A DNA stretch of 62,457 nt, filler included, from Chiloscyllium plagiosum (Eukaryota), in NCBI RefSeq assembly GCF_004010195.1. It is 3 parts of one record of this genome, joined end to end, with 100 filler letters (N's around TTAATTAATTAA, not from the genome) between each part and the next. Parts side by side here need not be neighbours in the genome. Positions count along the whole stretch, not along the records: positions 27,247 to 57,998 come from NC_057716.1; 2 more parts are not named here. One strand, 5' to 3'. Positions 37,980 through 51,552 of this stretch are shown here, piece by piece. Under the pieces are notes generated by a model. That model made no database searches, was not told where the DNA came from, and saw only the letters and a list, made by a program, of their open reading frames with translations. Made by a program: the position numbers and the translations under genes. Each line of letters starts with the position of its first letter. Positions within the stretch are counted from its first letter, which is position 1.

Positions 37980-39120
37980 TGCAAGGTGATGGGCAGACTT
38001 TGGGGAGTCAGGAGGTCAGTTACAGAATTCCCAACCTCTGACCTGGTTCACAGTAGGTATGAAGCTTACTTAGTTTGGCTGCTGTTCATCAATGTACATT
38101 CTGGCACTCAGAATGCTGCTGGTGAGCAATCCAATGTCAAAGGGAGGTAGTTTTTTTTTTAGATTACTGTTTTTAGATTACTTACAGTGTGGAAACAGGC
38201 CCTTCGGCCCAACAAGTCCACACCGACCCTCCGAAGTGCAACCCACCCATACCCCTACACTTACCCCTTCACCTAACACTATGGGCAATTTAGCATGGCC
38301 AATTCACCTGACCTGCACATTTTTGGACTGTGGGAGGAAACCGGAGCACCCGGAGGAAACCCACGCAGATACAGGGAGAATGTGCAAACTCCATACAGTC
38401 AGTCGCCTGAGGTGGGAATTGAACCCGGGTGTCTGGCGCTGTGAGGCAGCAGTGCTAACCACTGTGCCACCATGCCACCCCCGGTGTCTCTCAGGTTGGT
38501 GGTGTTCATTGCATTGTACTTGTCAGGCAGAAACATGACTTGCTGTTTGTCAGTCCAAGCCAGCATGTTCTGATTTACTGCACATGGATTACTTCACATG
38601 AGGAATAGCGAATGGAACTGAATGTTGCAAAATCAGTAGTAAGTATCTCACTTTTAACTCAAAGAGTTCACTAATGAAGTAACTGAAGGTGTTTGGGCCA
38701 AGCACACTCACCTGAGAAACTCTTGCAACAATGGCCTCATGACCGATAACTGGTCTCCAACAATCACAGCTACCTTCCTCTGCACCTGCAAAGATTCCGG
38801 CCAAGATTCTTTCTGACTCCCATTGTCTTCAACTTTGCTGGAATCACTTGGTAGCTGGAAGAACACAGCAAGCCAGGCAGCTGGAGCTGGAGGTGGAGAA
38901 CTCAATGTTTCGGGTGTAATGCCACACTCGGTTAAATGCTCAAGGAGACACTCTTTCATCTCTCCTGGAACTACGATATTTTGTCCATGATTAACCATTG
39001 ACCACAAGGAAGACTGGACAGAAGTCACTCTGTCAGAACCTCAACTGAGCTTCAGTGTGCAGGTGATTGGTGAGTAGGTTGGTGATGGAGAGCTCATTAT
39101 AAGCTGAGTGGGACTTTAAG
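37980..39120 (-). mobile_element. Old LINE RT relic (same family as 45890-47510)
   Basis: VSQVSVLGPNTFSYFI remnant. Confidence 0.5.
38158..38480 (-). mobile_element. HE1-like SINE
   Basis: Full-length match to 489-809. Confidence 0.88.
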
Positions 39121-40959
39121 TATGTTTGATGAGTGGAACACAGATTTGAGCTTTTCCACTCAATAGCTGGGATGCTGTTGGTAACCATTGACATGTAGAA
39201 TACAATGTGCTTGCTGAATTGAAGAGTTTAGAGACTTCCATCCGTAACAATATGAATCTGAACAGGATGGTATGCTTTGTTGTACGATAATGTTACGTGC
39301 TCCTGCGGTGTAGAATGACGTTACATTCACTGAGTGTAAAGTAATGTTAAGCTCTCTCCATATAAAGTGTTGTTACACTCTCTCCTGGTGTAAAGCTTTT
39401 TCTTTAATATTAGTCCCTGAGAAGTGACTGTCACTGGCAGGGCTAGCATTATTGACCATCTAATTTGGCCTTGAGCAAGCCTGTGACAAGCTGCTGAGAC
39501 CTAAATACTTTCTCAGGCTGTTTCCAACTCAACCCCATTGGAGTGGAACTGAAGTGAAAGGTGGACCAGAAAAGGGAACTGTGGAAGATTTCTTATTCCC
39601 CGAAGGTAATTACTGAGTGAGAGTTTTTAGTTGCAAAAGAAAGATTGTTTTCAGATCATTACTAACATTACTAGTACTTTTTTTTTTCCAGATTTTGTAT
39701 TCAATATTAGTTTAAATGTCTCCAATGACCATGGTACAACGTGAATTGATAGCTGTGGAGCAACACTCCAAGTTTCAGAATTACTATTACACTTTGTTAC
39801 CACATTACATATGCTACCATTATCTTACCATCTTTCAAACTATATTTTCTACTGCTGTAAAGCAATTTAATACTAGTAGGGAGTGAAGTTATTTATCTTC
39901 AGCTACAGATGACATTTGTAGTATTTGCTATCACTGCCAATATATGGGTAATAGGATAAGGGTATCTAAGGCAATTTGCAACTACCAATGCTCTGTTATG
40001 TATACTGAGTCCAGAGGCTGTCTCATTATCAGTGATAGCAGATAAACCACCAGAAAGCCTCCACAGATGGGGCACCTGCCTTAATCGTTTTGAGTGATAA
40101 GAATGAGTGAAGTTTACAATNNNNNNNNNNNNNNNNNNNNNNNNNNNNNNNNNNNNNNNNNNNNNNNNNNNNNNNNNNNNNNNNNNNNNNNNNNNNNNNN
40201 NNNNNNNNNNNNNNNNNNNNNNNNNNNNNNNNNNNNNNNNNNNNNNNNNNNNNNNNNNNNNNNNNNNNNNNNNNNNNNNNNNNNNNNNNNNNNNNNNNNN
40301 NNNNNNNNNNNNNNNNNNNNNNNNNNNNNNNNNNNNNNNNNNNNNNNNNNNNNNNNNNNNNNNNNNNNNNNNNNNNNNNNNNNNNNNNNNNNNNNNNNNN
40401 NNNNNNNNNNNNNNNNNNNNNNNNNNNNNNNNNNNNNNNNNNNNNNNNNNNNNNNNNNNNNNNNNNNNNNNNNNNNNNNNNNNNNNNNNNNNNNNNNNNN
40501 NNNNNNNNNNNNNNNNNNNNNNNNNNNNNNNNNNNNNNNNNNNNNNNNNNNNNNNNNNNNNNNNNNNNNNNNNNNNNNNNNNNNNNNNNNNNNNNNNNNN
40601 NNNNNNNNNNNNNNNNNNNNGTATTGTTCTATGTTCTATGTTCTATGTTCTTTATGATGCTATATTCGCTTACGAGAAACAGTGGTTATATTGTCTCCTT
40701 AAACAGTGATGTTACATTCTCTTATGCACAATACCTCTCCTGAGAATGATGATATTACGTTCTCTTCTAGTATAGATGAATTTTATATTCTACCTTGATG
40801 TAGAATGATGTTATATTTTCTTCTGGTTTGCAAAAACATTATGTTGATTTTAGGATATTGTGATGCCATACTTTCTCATGAAAAACAGTGATGCTATTGG
40901 TGTCTCCTGGTATAAAGTGATGTTATATTCTCTCCTATAGAATAATACATAAGATTACA

Positions 40960-41320
40960 TTTTGAGTATTGTGTTCAGTACTGATCACCATGGGAAGGTT
41001 TGGAGCCTTTGGAGAGGCTGCAAAAGAGATTTACCAAGATGTTACCTGGATTGGAGTGTAAGGAGAGGTTGGACAAACTTGGATTGTTTTTGCAAAAGCA
41101 CTGAAGGATAAGGATTGACCTGGTAGAAGTACATAAAATTATGAGAGGCACGAACAAAATAGATAGTTGGTGTCAATTTAACAGGGTGGAAATATTAAAT
41201 ACTAGAGAGCATAGCTTTAAGGTGAGGGGGAAAAATTTAAAGGAGATGTGAGATGAAGGTATTTTACACAGGTGGGCGGTTCCTGGAACACCCTGGCTGG
41301 GGAAGTTCTAGAAGCGGACA
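40960..41320 (+). mobile_element. Old CR1 3' fragment
   Basis: HFEYCVQYWSP..LERLQKRFT remnants. Confidence 0.65.
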
Positions 41321-41534
41321 GAATGATGTTATATTCCGACTAGCTATAGAATGATGTTATATTCCCTCCTAGTATAGAATGATGTTATATTCCCTTATAT
41401 ATACACAGTGATGCTATATACTCTCCTGGTACAGAGTGATAGTATATTCTCTTCTGGTACAGAGTGATGTTATATTCCCTCCTGATATAGAGTGATGTGA
41501 TTTTCTGTCTCACTGTTGGGTGTTGCTATATTCC

Positions 41535-41900
41535 AGATCAGAGTGGTGCTGGAAAAGCAGAGCAGGTCAGGCAGCATCTGAAGAGCAGGAAAACCGACGT
41601 TTCGGGCAAAAGCCCTTCATCAGCAAATATTCCTTCTATATTCCATCTTGGTGTAGTGTGATGCTTTATACTATCCTGATAGGGAGTGATACTATATAGT
41701 TGAAACTTTATTGCTGGAACAGCACAGCAGGTCAGGCAGCATCCAGGGAACAGGAGATTCGACGTTTCGGGCACAGGCCCTTCTTCAGGAATGAGCAGAG
41801 AGTGTTCAGCAGGAGAAGATAAAAGGTAGGGAGGAGGGACTTGGAGGAGGGGCGTTGGAAATGTGATAGGTGGAAAGAGGTCAAGGTGAGGGTGATAGGT
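41535..41900 (-). mobile_element. Two PLE pLTR (type A) insertions with intact hammerhead cores
   Basis: Cores at ~41595-41623 and 41757-41792; the second is flanked by AGTGATACTATATAGT (41685-41700, 41916-41931). Confidence 0.8.
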
Positions 41901-42159
41901 AAAAGTGATACTACAAGTGATACTATATAGTCTCCTGTACAAAGTTGTCATATTCTCTCCTGGTACAGAGTGATGCTATATTCTCTCCTGGTACACAGTG
42001 ATGCTATATACTCTCCTGGTACACGGTGATGCTATATATTCTCCTGGTATAGAGTGATGCTATATTCTGTCTTCATATAGAGTGATGTTATATTTCTTCC
42101 TAGTATAAAAATATGTTATATTCTTCTGATATAAAGTGATGGCATATTGTATCCTAACA

Positions 42160-43547
42160 TAGACTATTATAGACCGGTGAGCCTTACCTCAGTGGTGGGC
42201 AGGTTGTTGGAGGGAATCCTGAGGGAAAGGATGTACATGCATTTGGAAAGGGAAGGACTGATAAGGGATAGTCAACATGGCTTTGTGCGTGGGAAATCAT
42301 GTCTGACAAACTTGATTGAATTTTTTGAATTAAGTCACAAAGAAGATTGATGAGGGCAGAACAGTCAATGTGATTTATATGGACTTCAGTAAGGCACTCG
42401 ACATGTTCCCCATGGGAGACTGATTAGCAAGGTTAGATCTCATGGAATACAGGGGGAACTAGCCATTTGGATACAGAACAGGCTCAAAGGTAGAAGACAG
42501 AGGGATGTGGTAGAGGGTTGTTTTTCAGACTGGAGGCCTGTGACCAGTGGAGTGCCCCAAGGATCGGTGCTGGGTCCTCTACATTTTGTCATTTATGTAA
42601 ATGATTTGGATATGAGCATAAGAGGTACAGTTAGTAAGTTTGCAGATGCACCAAAATTGGAAGTGTAGTGGAAAGCGAAGAAGGTTACCCCAGATTACAC
42701 CAGCATCTGGACCAGATGGGCCAATGGGCTGAGAAGTGGTAGATGGAGTTTAATTCAGATAAATGCATTTTGGGAAAGCAAATCTTAGCAGGACTTATAC
42801 ACTTAATGGTAAGGTCCTAGGGAGTGTTGCTGAACAAAGAGACCTTGGAGTGCAGGTTCATAGCTCCTTGAAAGTGGAGTCGCAGGTCGATAGGATAGTG
42901 AAGAAGGTATTTGGTATGCTTTCCTTTATTGGTCAGAATATTGAGTACAGGAGTTGGGAGGTCACATTGCGGCTGTACAGGACATTGGTTAGGCCACTGT
43001 TGAAATATTGCTTGCAATTCTGGTCTACTTCCTATCGGAAAGATTTTGTGAAACTTGAAAGGGTTCAGAAAAGATTTACAAGGATATTGCCAGGGTTGGA
43101 GGATTTGAGCTACAGGGAGAGGCTGAACAGGCTGGGGCTTTTTTCCCTGGAGCGTCGGAGGCTGAGGGGTGACCTTATAGAGATTTACAAAATTATGAGG
43201 GGCATGGATAGTGTAAATAGGCAAAGTCTTTTCCCTGGGTTCGGGGAGTCCAGAACTAGAGGGCATAGCTTTAGGGTGAGAGAGGAAAGATATAAAAGAG
43301 ACCTAAGGCGCAACGTTTTAACGCAGAGTGTGGTACGTGTATGGAATGAGATGCCAGAGGATGTGGTGGAGGCTGGTACAATTGCAACATTTAAGAGGCA
43401 TTTGGATGGGTATATGAATAGAAAGGGTTTGGAGGTATATGGGCCGGGTGCTGGCAGGTGGGACTAGATTGGGTTGGGATATCTGGTTGGCATGGACAGG
43501 TTGGACCGAAGGGTCTGTTTCCATGCTGTGCATCTCTATGACTCTAT
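42160..43547 (+). mobile_element. CR1 LINE 3' portion (RT)
   Basis: [35 protein letters not shown] 42763-43467; CTCTATGA tail. Confidence 0.93.
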
Positions 43548-44101
43548 GTTGTATTTTCTCCTCGTATTGGGAAATTCTAGATTATCTTCAGGGAAACAGT
43601 GGTGCTACATACTTTCATGGTATGGATGGATATTGTCTTCTGGTATAGAGTGATGCAAATTTCTCTTGAAATATCGGGTGATGTTTTTATTATCTTCTGG
43701 CATAGAATGATACTTTATTTTCCCTGGTATGAACTGGTATTGTATTCCCTCCCACTATAGGTTAATGTTACATTCTGGTATAAATGTGATGAAACAAAGA
43801 CCTGCGGAGATACTGGAGATCTGAAGCATTGATGAAGAGTAACTGGACTCAAAATGTAACTCTGCTTTCTCACATAGATGCTGCCAGACCTGCTGAGTTT
43901 CTTCAACAGTTCCATTAATGTTACATTCTCCCCGGTATAAAGTGTTGCTATATTTTTTTCTTGGTATAACTTAATGCTACATTGTCTCCTGTTATAGAGT
44001 GATGCTATATTCTCTTGCAGGAAACTGTAATGCTACATTCCTTGACACGAAACAGTGATGCTATACACTGTTCTTGTATTGAGTGATGTTATATTTTCTC
44101 C

Positions 44102-45843
44102 AATGTGCAAGTGAGGACTGCAGATGCTGGAGATTAGAGTCGAGAGTGTGATGTTGGGAGAGCACAGCAGGTCAGGCACCAGAACGAGGGTAGGTCCCAT
44201 CAAGGACAGTAGTGGGAGACTGTGTATTGAATCGGAAGAGATAGGAGAGATCTTGAATGAGTACTTTTCTTCAGTATTTACGAATGAGAGGGACCGTATT
44301 GTTGAAGAGGAGAGTGTGAAATGGACTGGTAAGCTAGAGGAGATACTTGTTAGGAAGGAAGATGTGTTGGACATTTTGAACAACTTGAGGATAGACAAGT
44401 CCCCCGGGCCTGACGGGATATATCCTAGGATTATGTGGGAAGCAAGAGAGAAAGTTGCAGTACCGTTGGCAATGATCTTCTCGACTTCACTGGCAACGGG
44501 GGTGGTACCAGGGGACTGGAGAGTAGCGAATGTTGTGCCCCTGTTCAAAAAAGGGAATAGGGATAACCCCGGGAATTACAGGCCTGTTAGTCTTACTTCG
44601 GTGGTAGGCAAAGTAATGGAAAGGGTACTGAGGGATAGGATTTATGAGTATCTGGAAAGACACTGCTTGATTAGGGACAGCCAGCACGGATTTGTGAAGG
44701 GTAGGTCTTGCCTTACAAGTCTGAGTGAATTCTTTGAGGAGGTGACCAAGCATGTGGATGAGGGAAGAGCAGTGGATGTAGTGTACATGGATTTTAGTAA
44801 GGCATTTGATAAGGTTCCCCATGGTAGGCTTATGCGGAAAGTCAGGAGGCATGGGATAGAGGGAAATTTGGCCAATAGGATAGAAAACTGGCTAACCGGT
44901 CGAAATCAGAGAGTGGTGGTAGATGGNNNNNNNNNNNNNNNNNNNNNNNNNNNNNNNNNNNNNNNNNNNNNNNNNNNNNNNNNNNNNNNNNNNNNNNNNN
45001 NNNNNNNNNNNNNNNNNNNNNNNNNNNNNNNNNNNNNNNNNNNNNNNNNNNNNNNNNNNNNNNNNNNNNNNNNNNNNNNNNNNNNNNNNNNNNNNNNNNN
45101 NNNNNNNNNNNNNNNNNNNNNNNNNNNNNNNNNNNNNNNNNNNNNNNNNNNNNNNNNNNNNNNNNNNNNNNNNNNNNNNNNNNNNNNNNNGCCACATTTG
45201 GAGTACTGTTTGCAGTTCTGGTCGCCTCACTTTAGGAAAGATGTGGAAGCTTTGGAGAGGGTGCAGAGGAGATTTACCAGGATGTTGCCTGGAATGGAGA
45301 ATAGGTCGTACGAGGATAGGTTGAGAGTGCTAGGCCTTTTCTCGTTGGAACGGCGAAGGATGAAGGGTGACTTGATAGAGGTTTATAAGATGATCAGAGG
45401 AATAGATAGAGTAGACAGTCAGAAACTTTTTCCCCGGGTACAACAGAGTGGTACAAGGGGACATAAATTGAAGGTGAAGGGTGGAAGGTATAGGGGAGAT
45501 GTCAGGGGTGAGTTATTTACCCAGAGCGTGGTGGGGGTATGGAATGCGCTGCCTGTGGGAGTGGTAGAGTCAGAATCATTGGTGACCTTTAAGCGGCAAT
45601 TGGATAGGTACATGGATGGGTGCTTAAGCTCGGACAAATGTTCGGCACAACATCGTGGGCCGAAGGGCCTGTTCTGTGCTGTATTGTTCTATGTTCTATC
45701 TGAGGAGCAGGAGAATCGACATTTCAAGCAAAAGCCCTTCATCGGGAATTCCTGATGAAGGGCTTTTGCATGAAACGTCGATTCTCCTGCTCCTCGAATG
45801 CTGGCTGACCTGCTGTGCTTTTCCAGCACCACACTCTCGTCTC
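44102..45843. mobile_element. Palindromic PLE pLTR pair later split by a CR1
   Basis: Left arm 44108-44178 resumes at ~45699; centre GGAATTCC near 45748; 13-bp TSD TTATATTTTCTCC (44089-44101, 45844-45856). Confidence 0.8.
44180..45699 (+). mobile_element. Young CR1 LINE 3' portion (open ORF2 on both sides of a gap)
   Basis: Uninterrupted ORF with KSPGPDGI, NYRPVSLTS, DFSKAFDKVPH and PHLEYC; (GTTCTAT)n tail. Confidence 0.93.
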
Positions 45844-45889
45844 TTATATTTTCTCCTGACTAGCCAAGCAACAGCTTGACATAGTCATA

Positions 45890-47510
45890 CCCAGCTAATT
45901 AACACCCCATCAATCTACTCTCGATCAGTCGTAAAGTGATGCAATTAGCCGTCAATGGTGTAATCAAACAGCATCTGCCCAGCAATACTGTGCCCATTGA
46001 CACCTGGTTTGGGCTCTGCTCAGAGCTACTCATCCCCTTACCTCATTAGAGCTTTGGTTCAAACAAGAACTGAATTAGAAAGGTGAAGTGAGAGTGACAC
46101 AACAGTCTGAGCAAAACTAGCGTCAATGGGAATTGGGGGAAAACTCTCTGGTAGTCAGAGTCATACCTGGCATGAAGGAAGATGGTAGTGAATTTTAGAA
46201 GTCAGTCATTTCACTTCCAAGACATCTTTGCAGGAAGTTCTTGGCCCAACCATCTTCAGCCGCTTCATCAATGACTTTCCGTCCAGCCTGAGGTCAGCAG
46301 TAGGTATGTTCACTGATGATTGCATAGCTTTCAGTGCCACTTGCAACTCCTCAGATACCGACCTTGTCCATGTCTAAATTCAGAAAGATCTGGGCAATAT
46401 CCAGGCTTAGGCTGAAAAGTGGCAAATAACGTACATGCCACATAAATGCCAGGAAATGACCATCTCCAATAAGAGAGATGCTAACCCATCATTTCTTGAC
46501 ATTCAATGGCATCCCCATCACTGAATTCCCCACTATCAACGTGCAGGGATGACACTGACCCCTGAAACTGAACTGAACTGGACTGGACTAGCCAGTCGGC
46601 ACGGTGGCACAGTGGTTAGCACTACTGCCTCACAGTGCCAGAGTTGCGCTTTCAATTCCCGCCTCAGGCAACTGTCTGTGTGGAGTTTGCGCATTCTCCC
46701 CGTGTCTGTGTGGGTTTCCTCCGGGTGCTCTGGTTTCCTCCCACAGTCCAAAGATGTGCAGGTAAGGTGAATTGGCCATGCTAAATTGCCTGTAGTGTTA
46801 GGTGTAGGGGAATGGGTCTGGGTGGGTTGCTCTTTGGAGGGTCGGTGTGGCCATGTTGGGCCGAAGTGCCTGTTTTCACACTGTAAGTAATCTAATCATT
46901 AAGTATATTGGCTACAAGAGCAGGTCAGAAACTAGGAATATTACCACGAGTAACTTACCTCTTGACGCCCAAGTGTATTTTCCAAACTACAAGGCGAAAG
47001 TCAGGAATCTTTTAGAATACTTCCCACTTGCCTGGATAAGTGAATCTCCAACAACACTTAAGAAACTTGACACCATCCAGAACAAAGCAGCTCACTTGAT
47101 TTGCACCACATTCCACAAACATTCAGTCACTCCACCATGACTCTCAGGAGCAACAGTTTGTATCTTTCACAAGGTGCAGTGCAAACATTCACCAAGGCTC
47201 CATAGATGGACCTTCCAAACCCACAAACACTACTGTCCAGAAGGATATCGACAGCAGATACATGGGAACACAAGGACTTGAAGGTTTCCTTCTAAGCCAC
47301 TCACCATCCTAACTTGGAAATATACTGCCATTTCTTCAGTGTAACTGGGTCAAAATCTTAAAACTCCCTCCCTAGCATCATTGTGAGTCTACCAACAGCA
47401 AATGGACTGCAGCAGTTCAAAAAGGAAGCTCAGCACCAGCTTCTCAAGGGCAACCAGCAATGGGCAATAAATGCAGGCCCAGCCAGTGGCACCCTCATCC
47501 ATGAGTGCCT
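45890..47510 (+). mobile_element. Old LINE (CR1/L2 group) RT to 3' UTR relic
   Basis: PINLLSI, LGPTIFS..INDF and FTDD remnants; 3' tail GGGCAATAAATGCAGGCC. Confidence 0.7.
46597..46897 (+). mobile_element. HE1-like SINE
   Basis: Match to 489-809. Confidence 0.85.
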
Positions 47511-47534
47511 AAGGCAAATTACCTTTGTGGAAAA

Positions 47535-47672
47535 CAGCGCTGATGAAGGGTGACTGGACCTGAAGGGTTAGCTCCACTTTCTTCCCACAGATATTGCCAT
47601 ACCTGCTGAGCTTTTCCAGCAATTTGTTTTTATTTCTGATTTCCAGCATCTTCAGTTCTTTGGTTTATTTTT
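47535..47672 (+). mobile_element. Older PLE pLTR (type D) with degenerate hammerhead
   Basis: CTGATGAAGGGTGACTGGACCTGAA; related copies at ~43790-43910 and ~28040-28100(-). Confidence 0.55.
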
Positions 47673-48246
47673 GTATATTGTTCGTGGGATCTTGCTATGC
47701 ACTAAATTGGCTGCCATGTTTCTTCAACGAAACTTCACTGTGAAACTGTGAAGTGCTTTCAGATCTCCCGAGTTTCTAAAAGGTTTCTGGATAAAGGTGG
47801 AGGTGTTGTGGTAATATCACTGGATGCTTAACGTTGGGCTATTGGTCTGGGGATTTGTGTTCAAATCATAGCAATTCAGCTGAGTCTCAGTGATGGTAAC
47901 CATAAAAATTTCAATTGATTGATATTAAAACCTATCCGGTTCACTAATATTTAAAGGGAAGAAAATTTGCGAAATTTACGTAATCCAGCCTATAAAATAA
48001 AGTTGCCATAGTTTGGCCAGATCATAGGACTGCTGTCTCATAAAAGAGAGATGACTGGTGGTGGTTTAACCGAAGGATCACCAAACCTCAGGTGAGGGGA
48101 GAGGTTGAGATGGAGAGTTTTTCTTAGTAACCTCAGCTGGTGCAGGTTTGCTTGTGACTTCAGACCCTTGGCAATGTGCCTGGCTCTGAAATGGCCCTTA
48201 TTCAAGGGAAATTCAAGATAGACAACATATGCTGGGCTTGCCAGTG

Positions 48247-48540
48247 ATTAGATTTGATTCCCTATAGTGCGGAAACAGGCCCTTTGGCCCAATAAGTCCA
48301 CACCATCCCTCCGAAGAGTAACCCACCCAGACCCATTTTCCTCTGACTAATGCACCTAGCACGAGGGGCAATTTAGCATGGCCACTTCACCTGACCTGCA
48401 CGTTGTTGGACTGTGGAATGAAACCCACGGAGAAATAGGGAGAATGTGCAAACTCCACACAGACAATCGCCCGAGGCTGGAATCAAACCCAAGTCCCTGG
48501 CGCTATGAAGCAGCAATGCTCACCACTGAGCCACCGTATC
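48247..48540 (-). mobile_element. HE1-like SINE
   Basis: Match to 489-809. Confidence 0.8.
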
Positions 48541-48809
48541 CCTTGCCATATCCCAAGGAAGAAGAAAAGGAAAGAAAAACCAAAGTCTTTTTTTTGTCAG
48601 GAAAACGATGTTCAGTCCTTGCAAAGTACAATTTAATTTTCACTACTTCCATCCAGTTCAGATGAGATTGCTAATCTTTGTTTTTTTTTGTTTGAACTGT
48701 AGTTGGGTGAATATTAGAATAGAGAAGGAACCTGGTGGTTGGTCGGCCAAGCAAAAGAAGATACACCTGCACTCATCACCACTCACGCCTCTTTGTTCAT
48801 GCAAAGAGC

Positions 48810-48954
48810 TAGAGTCGAAGAGTGTGGTGCTGGAATCAATGTTTCGGGCATAAGCCCTTTTCCTGCTCCTTGGATGCTGCCTGACCTGCTGTGCTTTTCC
48901 AGCATCGCACTCTCAACTCTGATCTCCAGCATCTGCAGTCCTCACTTTCTCCTC
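48810..48954. mobile_element. Deleted palindromic PLE pLTR pair
   Basis: Minus-strand piece followed by plus-strand GATGCTGCCTGACC..CTCACTTTCTCC. Confidence 0.65.
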
Positions 48955-49564
48955 ATGGGAGGAGCTAGTGCTGATGCGATAGTCTGAGTGCCCCCCCCAC
49001 TCCATAACACTTCTGTGATTCGTCGGTGATTCCAGTCAAGTGGCTGGATGTTTTAGCTGTGTTTCAGCACACTGGGGTTGGATGCTGGGTAAGTGATCTC
49101 TGTTGTGAGCCATATAGGGTGTGGTGATTTGTTGAGTTGCAGCATGGAGGGAAGCCAAGTTAAAAAGTACAAACAGATGTCTGGACTATGTCTGTCGCAG
49201 ATTAATTCCAACTTCATTTCATCCATACGGGAGCTTAGTTGTTCTTTTCGGACTGTACGTTGTGGCTGATTGTAGCTCACACATCATAGGAGGCCATTTA
49301 ACCCATCGAGCCTGAACCATCCTTGTGAAAGAATCATCCAGTTAGTTGCATTCCCTGACTCCTTAAAAGAGCCTTTTCCCCCCTTTGTTATCCAATTTCC
49401 ATTTGAAGTTTACAATTGAATCTACTTTCACCACTCTTTCAGAGAGCACATTCCAAATCGTGACAATTTGCTGTGTTGAAATAAAATCTCATCACCATCT
49501 CTGGTTCTTTTGCTGATTCTCTTCAGCCTCTATCCTCTGGTTATCAAGCTTCTGCTGATGTATA

Positions 49565-49783
49565 CAGGGCGACCCCATATCTGTGGAATCGTTTCTGTGG
49601 TTTCAGTTACCTGTGGTTCACCATGGCCTGTACATGTTATAGGGAACCTTCCAGAACCAGGGACCAGGAGGCTGCAGGAAGGTAAATTTCCCATTGAAAT
49701 GAATGGCTTCATTCCTATCCGTGTTTTTGAGCTTCCGTGGAAAGTCATCAAACATATGCCCCACAGGTAGGGGGGACCTACTG
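49565..49783. mobile_element. Degenerate Tigger-like MITE
   Basis: TA flanks; ends CAGGGCGACCCCATATCTGTGG and rc CAGTAGGTCCCCCCTACCTGTGG. Confidence 0.5.
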
Positions 49784-50387
49784 TACAGTTTCTTCCCATT
49801 TATGCTATCAAACCTCTTTATGAATTTGAACACCTCTATTAGACTTTGCCTTAATCTCCCCAACCTTTCAGATGCCCAATCTAGTGAATGAAGTCCCTTG
49901 CCTTTGATATAATTCTGGTAAATTGCATCTGCTTTCTTGACATCGTTCCTAACGTGTGGTATTAGAATTGGACACCGTGCTCCGGCCCTAACAGTGACTT
50001 ATGAAAGGTTAGAGCAACATGTCCCTTGACCCCTGTGCATTCACTTGAGCCATGTGTTCCAGTCAAGCTCTTGAAGTGTGGCCAGTTACCTCTCCCTCTT
50101 AGGTAGGTCAGGCCACCCATTAAATTTCTGCGTACAATCTTTATACTATAGAGAAGAACTGGAGAATGTGCAAGAAGCATAAACAAGGGTAGTGCTGAAG
50201 AAAAAGAGGTAATTATGGCTTTTAGCAAGGACTAAACAGGTTTTCATTTCTTTAGAAAAGAGGAGACTCTGCAAAGCCTTGATAGAACAATATCTTTACA
50301 ATAAGGAATGGCTTGAACCGTTGCAGTCCATGTGCTGTAGGTAGACCTACAATGCCATTAGGGGGGAAATGCTCGGTTTTTGACCTA

Positions 50388-50752
50388 GGTAATTAACCTT
50401 ACTGAGAATCCTCTTGCAAGGATGCCTGCCTTGAAGACGTTTTCCTCCTCTCTCTACAAGAATCTCAGGGAGTCCCTCTCCCACTGCAACTCCCAGGTCA
50501 TTTCTCCACCCTGCAGGCACTCTGCCTCTATTCCTGATGAAGGGCTTTTGCCCGAAACGTCGATTTTCCTGCTCCTCGGATGCTGCCTGAACTGCTGTGC
50601 TTTTCCAGCACCACTCTAGTCTGAATTAGGTTTTTGTTGAAACTTTATTGCTGGAACAGCACAGCAGGTCAGGCAGCATCCAGGGGATTTTCCTGCTCCT
50701 CGGATGCTGCCTGAACTGCTGTGCTTTTCCAGCACCACTCTAGTCTGAATTA
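50388..50752 (+). mobile_element. PLE fragment with intact hammerhead core and a nested second pLTR piece
   Basis: CTGATGAAGGGCTTTTGCCCGAAACGTC at ~50534-50561; TSD GGTTTTTGACCTA (50375-87, 50753-65); sits inside an old minus-strand LINE tail. Confidence 0.8.
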
Positions 50753-51552
50753 GGTTTTTGACCTAACAATGCTGAAATAACAGCAAAATATTTCCAAATC
50801 AGGATGATGAGTGGCTTGGAGGGAGGTGGTGGTATTCCCATGTATGCTGCCCTTCTTCTTTTAAAATGTATTGGTCGTGGGTTTGGAAGGTGTTGCCTAA
50901 GGATCTTCGGTAAATTTCTGTCAATGATACACATTGCTGCGACTGAGCGTCAGTGGTGGAGGGGGAGATGTTGGTGCATATGGTGCTAATCAAGTTGGCT
51001 GCCTTGCTTTTCATTCAGGTAAATGGGGAGTATTCCATCACCCCCCTGACTTGTGCTTGTTGATGATGGACAGGGTTTGGGGAGTCAGGAGTTACTCACT
51101 GCAGCATTCCCAGTCTCTGAAATGCTCTTGTATCCATACAACTAGTTCAGTTCAGTTTGTGGTCAATGGTAACCCCCATGCATGACTTTGCAAAACTTTG
51201 GGGTTTTATGAAGTTGTATTACAGAAATTGAAAAGAAAATAGTAAGATACTGAGGGGCTTAGGGAAACTTTCAGTCATAGAAGCAATGCTCAAGAGTAGA
51301 ATCCTCAATTCGGAGAGCGTTGGCAACTCTGGTCACACATGAGTCCTATAAAGTTGGATATTACTAAGTGTCCTGGAATAGAGTGGGTGATTTTGAGATT
51401 GACTAGACGGTTCTACAGAAGGCAAGCATGGACTTAATGAACTGAATGGCTTTCTTCCATGCTATAATGTCTCTATTTACCCCAGTAATCTACATTATAA
51501 AGGTTACTCAACACATGTAGGCCAGGTTGGGAAACTGAAAATAACGGAAGGT

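Larger units (their letters stand above)
39285..44101 (+). repeat. Decayed 28-bp minisatellite, fragmented by insertions
   Basis: Unit TATTCTCTCCTGGTACAGAGTGATGCTA (clean period at 41951/41979); blocks at ~39285-39400, 40650-40960, 41320-42150 and 43550-44100. Confidence 0.8.

Noticed and set aside
44124..45755. 543-aa ORF as a host gene
   Set aside because: Chimera of a PLE end, CR1 ORF2 and an N gap
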